Shown here: positions 7,751 to 11,957 of the stretch, piece by piece
How the letters are laid out: each line of letters opens with the position of its first letter
How positions within the stretch are numbered: the first letter of the stretch is position 1
Assembly (NCBI GenBank): GCA_041498975.1
Contig: JBGQJI010000075.1
Coordinates: 1 to 11,957 of the forward strand
Length of the DNA stretch: 11,957 bases
Direction of reading: 5' to 3'
Source: Candidatus Methylomirabilis sp.
Lineage (GTDB): Bacteria; Methylomirabilota; Methylomirabilia; Methylomirabilales; Methylomirabilaceae
The notes under the pieces: model-generated
Told to the model about the DNA's origin: nothing
The model's database searches: none
What the model saw: the letters and a program-made list of their open reading frames with translations, nothing else
Program-made: the position numbers and the translations under genes

Positions 7751-7839
7751 CTTCTCCTAATCGATCACCGATTCCAATTCATAGCTCAACGCTCAACCGG
7801 ACGCACCGCCTCCTCGCCAGAAAGGCCAAAGATGTTAAG

Positions 7840-7856
7840 TGCAAGTCGTGTACCAG
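7840..7856 (-). promoter_or_regulatory. Sigma54 (-24/-12) promoter of lpxC
   Basis: Minus strand CTGGTACACGACTTGCA = GG-N10-GC, one mismatch from TGGCAC-N5-TTGCW, about 90 nt upstream of the lpxC ATG. Confidence 0.8.
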
Positions 7857-7902
7857 TTCCTCACAAGACATGACAGAGATTATTGCGAGATAACCGGTGT
7901 AG

Positions 7903-7915
7903 ATTCAATAGGTTA
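7903..7915 (+). promoter_or_regulatory. Putative IHF-binding site
   Basis: ATTCAATAGGTTA vs consensus WATCAANNNNTTR (one mismatch), between the sigma54 promoter and the candidate enhancer. Confidence 0.5.
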
Positions 7916-7957
7916 AGAACAATGGCAAGGACCACGGCCAGAGCTGCAATGTCCCAG

Positions 7958-7975
7958 TGTTGATACGCTGCAACA
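7958..7975. promoter_or_regulatory. Putative enhancer (UAS) for a sigma54 activator
   Basis: Inverted repeat TGTTG-N8-CAACA (TGT-N12-ACA) about 130-145 nt upstream of the predicted sigma54 transcription start. Confidence 0.5.
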
Positions 7976-7981
7976 GGTGTG

Positions 7982-8476
7982 TCACATCGGCCTCGCTCTC
8001 CAACGGTAAAAGAGGCGCTCTAGAACGTCCCGACAGGGGCGATCCTGGACGGGGGCCAGAATTTGCTGGACCTTCGCCTCCGCCTCGGTTGGAACGACGG
8101 GCGGCCTCTCCTCTCGCCGATTGGGGATTGCCGAGGTAGCGCTTCGAGGACTTCGGCCGATCCGTAAGACGATCTCGTTCACCACTGGTTCTCCGATCTC
8201 CTCGTTCAGGATCATCTTTAGTTTGTGACGCAGCATGTGCAGCTCGTGCAGCCAGATCGGATCCTCGACGCAGAGGTACAGTCGCCCATCACTGAAGTCC
8301 TGCACGGTCGCCCGTTCCCTCACGCGCGGCGCCACGGCTCGATCCCATGCCTTCAGCAGGGCGAGGTGACGAATCACACGACCGAGACCCAGTCCTTGAA
8401 GGGTCCCCCGGAGCACATCCTCGCACCTAGAGGGGCTGGCTCGCCCCCCTCGCTCCGTCGATCCTTTCTCCCTCAC
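7982..8476 (-). CDS. DUF721 / DciA-family protein
   Basis: LLKAWDRAV...RATVQDFSDGRLYLCVEDPIWLHELHMLRHKLKMILNEEIGEPVVNEIVLRIG matches the DUF721 pattern. GTG overlaps the lemA stop (GTGA); the exact start is uncertain. Confidence 0.8.
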   Translation of the reverse strand: MREKGSTERGGRASPSRCEDVLRGTLQGLGLGRVIRHLALLKAWDRAVAPRVRERATVQDFSDGRLYLCVEDPIWLHELHMLRHKLKMILNEEIGEPVVNEIVLRIGRSPRSATSAIPNRREERPPVVPTEAEAKVQQILAPVQDRPCRDVLERLFYRWRARPM

Positions 8477-9063
8477 CTGACAAACTCGACTTTAGGGGCC
8501 GTCCTGGCGGATTCGGCCACCTGGAAGTAGGTCGCCTTCTCGAAACGGAAAAGCCCGGCAACGGTTCGCTCCGGAAAGCGACGAATCTTGGTATTATATT
8601 GTTGCACCAGGTCATTGTATCGCTTCCGCTCGACTGCTAAACGATTCTCCGTCCCTGCAAGCTCGTCCATCAGCCGAATGAAGCTCCTGTCTGCTTTGAG
8701 GTTCGGGTACCGTTCAACGACGACGAGGAGGCGCCCCAGCGCAGAGTCCATGGCGTTGCTGGCATTCACCTTTTCTTCGACAGTCCTGGCTCCTGCCATC
8801 CTCGCCCTCGCATCGGCGATGGCCTCCAGGACGTCTCTTTCGTGGGCGGCATACCCTTTCACCGTGGCCACCAGATTCGGGATGAGGTCGGCGCGACGCT
8901 GGAACTGATTCTCGATCTGGGCCCAGGCCGACTTGATCCCCTCATCCATTGAGACCAACTGATTATAACCGTTCCAGAGGTACAACGCGCCGCCCAGGAC
9001 GAGAAGGGCGATGACTGCCGCGATCCCGAGAGCCGGCGCAATCGCCCGATTGTATCCGTTCAC
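8473..9063 (-). CDS. lemA: LemA family membrane protein
   Basis: N-terminal TM helix, YNQLV...AWAQIENQFQRRADLIPNLVATVKGYAAHE, ERYPNLKA, LAGTENRLAVERKRYN...YN...FP. Confidence 0.96.
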   Translation of the reverse strand: MNGYNRAIAPALGIAAVIALLVLGGALYLWNGYNQLVSMDEGIKSAWAQIENQFQRRADLIPNLVATVKGYAAHERDVLEAIADARARMAGARTVEEKVNASNAMDSALGRLLVVVERYPNLKADRSFIRLMDELAGTENRLAVERKRYNDLVQQYNTKIRRFPERTVAGLFRFEKATYFQVAESARTAPKVEFVR

Positions 9064-9665
9064 GTCCGCTCCACCTCTGCCGACGCTGCGACCAATGCCT
9101 CATCGATGGCGCGATTGGCGAGCGTATCGGCCTGGCGGTTCTCGTCGCGACCGACATGCTCAATGTGAAAAGTGGGGATGGTTCTGATGAGATCTCGCGC
9201 GTGAGAATGCAGCACGGCGAGGCGAGGATTCTTGACTCGGTACCTGCCTTCAATTTGCCGGACCAACAACTCGGAGTCAGACCGGACCCTGACCGCGGCC
9301 GGCTTCAGCCTTCCTGCCTCCCTTAGGGCAAGCAGGAGCGCTTCGTACTCGGCAACGTTGTTGGTGGCCTCGCCGATGTACTTCCAGAACTCCCGTTTTA
9401 ACGGCCCCTTCTCGGCCTGTATCAAGACACCGATCCCGGCCGGTCCTGGATTCCCACGAGCCGCCCCGTCGATACTCATCACGAGATGCAAACCCTGTCT
9501 GGCGGCTGAGTCGGGGGGACACCATGCTCGTTCGATCAGGTCTGCCGCCTCCACGAGGGCGCGCCTGTCCCTCGGCGAGAGGGTCGGAGGGCACGAATCT
9601 CCACCGGTTGAGGCAACCTTGTCCGCCAGGCAACGGAGTGCGGCACAGATCTTGTCCGGGTCCAC
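9060..9665 (-). CDS. rnhA: Ribonuclease HI (archaeal/actinobacterial-like type) with a ~58-aa N-terminal extension
   Basis: DGAARGNPGPAGIG, GEATNNVAEYEAL, SDSELLVRQ..G.YRVK, HVGRDENRQADTLAN; all four catalytic acidic residues (D, E, D, D) are present. Confidence 0.92.
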   Translation of the reverse strand: MDPDKICAALRCLADKVASTGGDSCPPTLSPRDRRALVEAADLIERAWCPPDSAARQGLHLVMSIDGAARGNPGPAGIGVLIQAEKGPLKREFWKYIGEATNNVAEYEALLLALREAGRLKPAAVRVRSDSELLVRQIEGRYRVKNPRLAVLHSHARDLIRTIPTFHIEHVGRDENRQADTLANRAIDEALVAASAEVERT

Positions 9666-9666
9666 C

Positions 9667-10383
9667 TTATCCCTTCCAGTAGAGGATCCGGCCGCATCGT
9701 TCGCAGGTCAGGATCTCTTCGTTCCGCCGAACCTCATTATACAACTGAGGGGTGAGGGCCACGTGGCAACCCTCGCAGGAGCCGCCGCTTGCCGGCGCAA
9801 CCGCCAGGCCGGCTCGACTCTTGAGAAGCCGAAGATACTGCTGCATCAACGATGACTCCACGCCCCTGGACTGGCCTTTCCTGGTCGCCTGTAGCGCGGC
9901 CAAGCGACCCTGCAGCTCCCGAAGCTCGGCCTCCCTCTTCTGCTTCTCCCTCAAGAACTCCGCCTGCTTAACTCCGACCGTCCCCTCTTGATGGGCCACG
10001 GCCTTTACAGCCCCCTCGATCTGGTCGAGAAGCAGCAGGACGTCCTCCTCCACCGTCGAAACCTTCTGTTTTAGCCCCTCGATCTCTTTGAGGACGGCAG
10101 AGTATTCCTGGTTGGTCTTGATCTCATAGAGGCGGCTCTGCCGCTTTTTGAGATCCCCAACCACCTCTTCCAGCTCCCGCTCCTTCTGGCGGCGAAGCTT
10201 CTGCATCTTCTCCATCTCCGCCTTTGCTGTGTCCAGAGCCGTCCTGGCCCGAAGTAACTGCTCCTCCATCTCCCGGATCTGACCGGGGATGGCCGCCGCC
10301 GCTGCCTCGATCTCAGCGATTTCGGAGTCAAGCCGCTGCAGTTCGACAAGCCGTCCTAACTCCTCCAGCACAGCACGCTCCAC
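9667..10383 (-). CDS. Coiled-coil protein with C-terminal C4 zinc ribbon (DUF164 / zf-RING_7 / CT398-like)
   Basis: LVELQRLD start, long heptad coiled coil with KTNQEYSA, then CEGCH...CERCGRILY. Confidence 0.92.
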   Translation of the reverse strand: MERAVLEELGRLVELQRLDSEIAEIEAAAAAIPGQIREMEEQLLRARTALDTAKAEMEKMQKLRRQKERELEEVVGDLKKRQSRLYEIKTNQEYSAVLKEIEGLKQKVSTVEEDVLLLLDQIEGAVKAVAHQEGTVGVKQAEFLREKQKREAELRELQGRLAALQATRKGQSRGVESSLMQQYLRLLKSRAGLAVAPASGGSCEGCHVALTPQLYNEVRRNEEILTCERCGRILYWKG

Positions 10384-10394
10384 GATGGTCGGAA

Positions 10395-10474
10395 ATAGCT
10401 GCCAGCGGTCAGCTCTCAGCTTTCAATATCATCTGCGTCCAGGGCTGATGGCTGAATGCTGAGGGCTGTTAGCT
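10395..10474. repeat. Inverted array of degenerate 7-bp repeats (TCAGCnn ... nnGCTGA)
   Basis: Left arm ATAGCTG CCAGCGG TCAGCTC TCAGCTT TCA; right arm GGGCTGA TGGCTGA ATGCTGA GGGCTGT TAGCT; the arms are imperfect reverse complements. Confidence 0.8.
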
Positions 10475-10480
10475 CTTGCG

Positions 10481-10557
10481 TGGTGGGCCCACCTGGACTC
10501 GAACCAGGGACGACCCGGTTATGAGCCGGGGGCTCTAACCAACTGAGCTATGGGCCC
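10481..10557 (-). tRNA. tRNA-Ile2 (anticodon CAU, lysidine-modified)
   Basis: GGGCCCATAGCTCAGTTGGTTAGAGCCCCCGGCTCATAACCGGGTCGTCCCTGGTTCGAGTCCAGGTGGGCCCACCA (77 nt, encoded CCA). Paired G1-C72 rules out the initiator. C4-G69/C5-G68 (TilS determinants) and the position after rpoD, like E. coli ileX, favour Ile2 over elongator Met. Confidence 0.93.
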
Positions 10558-10560
10558 AAT

Positions 10561-10639
10561 GAGTTCAGGGTTCAGGGTTCATCGTTCAGAGTATCTGAAA
10601 ACTGAAGCCGGCTCGGCGGCATCCATGAACTCTGAACTG
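10561..10639. repeat. Inverted array of degenerate 7-bp repeats (nnGTTCA ... TGAACnn)
   Basis: GAGTTCA GGGTTCA GGGTTCA TCGTTCA (10561-10588); inverted TGAAAAC TGAAGCC (10596-10609) and TGAACTC TGAACTG (10626-10639). Confidence 0.75.
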
Positions 10640-10646
10640 GCTCCCC

Positions 10647-11957
10647 TTAGCCTTCAACGAAGCTCTTGAGTTTCCTGCTTCGCGTGGGATGTCGGAGCTT
10701 CCGCAACGCCTTGGCCTCGATCTGTCGGATTCGTTCCCTGGTGACGTCGAACTGCTGGCCCACTTCCTCCAGCGTATGGTCGCGCCCATCCCCGATCCCG
10801 AAACGGAGCTTCAAGACCTTCTTCTCCCGCTCCGTGAGGGTCTGGAGAACCTCTTCGGTCTGACCGCTCAGATTCATGCCGATGACAGCCTCGATCGGAG
10901 AGACCGCTCCTTTGTCCTCGATGAAGTCTCCCAGGTGGGAATCCTCCTCCTCCCCGATGGGCGTCTCGAGAGAGATCGGCTCCTGAGCGATCTTCAGGAC
11001 CTTCCTGACCTTGTCAACCGGCAAGTCGATCTTCTGGGCGATCTCCTCGGGTGTCGGCTCCCGCCCCATCTCCTGGACAAGGTAACGGGAGGCACGCGTC
11101 AGCTTGTTAATGGTCTCGATCATATGAACGGGGATCCGGATGGTGCGGGCCTGGTCGGCAATCGCGCGTGTAATAGCCTGGCGGATCCACCATGTCGCAT
11201 AGGTGCTGAACTTATATCCTCGCTGATACTCGAACTTGTCCACAGCCCGCATGAGGCCGATGTTGCCCTCCTGGATCAAGTCGAGAAACTGAAGGCCCCG
11301 GTTCGTGTATTTCTTTGCGATGCTGATCACCAGTCGGAGGTTGGCCTCCACCATCTCCTTCTTCGCCAGGAGCGCCTTCCGCTCCCCGTTGGTGATGGCC
11401 TGAAGCAAGGAACGAAGCTCCTTGGCGGAAGCGTCGGCTTCCTCCTCGACCTTACGGATTTTCCGCTGGACGTCCGCGATCGAACGTTCACACTCCGCCA
11501 GGTCCTTCCGGCTCAGCTTGGTCCGGCGTAGGATCTCTCGCACAGTGGCAGCCCTGTCCCGGCCGTTGCTCGAAATGACCTTGACATCCTGTACCGACAG
11601 GTGGTACGCCCTTCCCGCCTCGCGAAGTTCCCGCTCATCCTGTTCTATTCGTTCCAGGAGATTGCGCATCCTGGCCACGACCCTCTCGACGATTCTCTGA
11701 TTGATATTGAGCTTCCGAAGAAGGGTGGCCTGCGCCGCCTTGCGCCTCGCGATCTCATCCTGGATCTTCTGTTGCCACCTCTCGCTGAGGCGGCCGGCGC
11801 CCCGCAGGTAACGACGCCGCAATTCATCGATCTTCACCTGTTCCTTTCGGAGCCCCTCCAATAACGGGGCGTTCTCGGCCAGCAACTCCTTCTCCTTCTG
11901 TTCGGAGATCTCGTCGAACTCATTGAGCGCAAACAGCTCTCCAACCCGAGCCCGGCC
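10647..11957 (-). CDS. rpoD: RNA polymerase primary sigma factor RpoD (5' end outside the window)
   Basis: [85 protein letters not shown]. The frame stays open from 11885 to the window edge. Confidence 0.99.
   Translation of the reverse strand, partial: GRARVGELFALNEFDEISEQKEKELLAENAPLLEGLRKEQVKIDELRRRYLRGAGRLSERWQQKIQDEIARRKAAQATLLRKLNINQRIVERVVARMRNLLERIEQDERELREAGRAYHLSVQDVKVISSNGRDRAATVREILRRTKLSRKDLAECERSIADVQRKIRKVEEEADASAKELRSLLQAITNGERKALLAKKEMVEANLRLVISIAKKYTNRGLQFLDLIQEGNIGLMRAVDKFEYQRGYKFSTYATWWIRQAITRAIADQARTIRIPVHMIETINKLTRASRYLVQEMGREPTPEEIAQKIDLPVDKVRKVLKIAQEPISLETPIGEEEDSHLGDFIEDKGAVSPIEAVIGMNLSGQTEEVLQTLTEREKKVLKLRFGIGDGRDHTLEEVGQQFDVTRERIRQIEAKALRKLRHPTRSRKLKSFVEG

Noticed and set aside
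10689..11531. 280-aa plus-strand ORF (and similar plus-strand ORFs over the kinase, ntrY, lpxC and rnhA)
   Set aside because: Antisense shadows of well-supported minus-strand genes.

Overview
GC-rich bacterial chromosomal window; lpxC implies a diderm, lipid A-producing organism. Every supportable gene is on the minus strand. In transcription order: rpoD (5'-truncated), tRNA-Ile2(CAU), coiled-coil/C4 zinc-ribbon protein, RNase HI with an N-terminal extension, lemA, DUF721/DciA-like protein, lpxC, a possible 39-aa small ORF, NtrY-like kinase, NtrX-like sigma54 activator, a nested palindromic repeat, a small EF-Tu-domain-II-like beta-barrel protein, a Clp1/Grc3-type polynucleotide 5'-kinase, and PolX-PHP (3'-truncated, missing from the supplied ORF track). 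Most notable: (1) the Clp1-type kinase gene overlaps (ATGA) a catalytically intact PolX-PHP gene, suggesting an end-healing and gap-filling repair module; (2) lpxC has a sigma54 promoter, IHF-like site and palindromic enhancer, next to the NtrY/NtrX-like pair that could drive it; (3) a composite of two interleaved palindromic repeat families follows ntrX; (4) two different inverted heptamer arrays flank the tRNA. Family calls come from motifs read by eye; no database searches were run.
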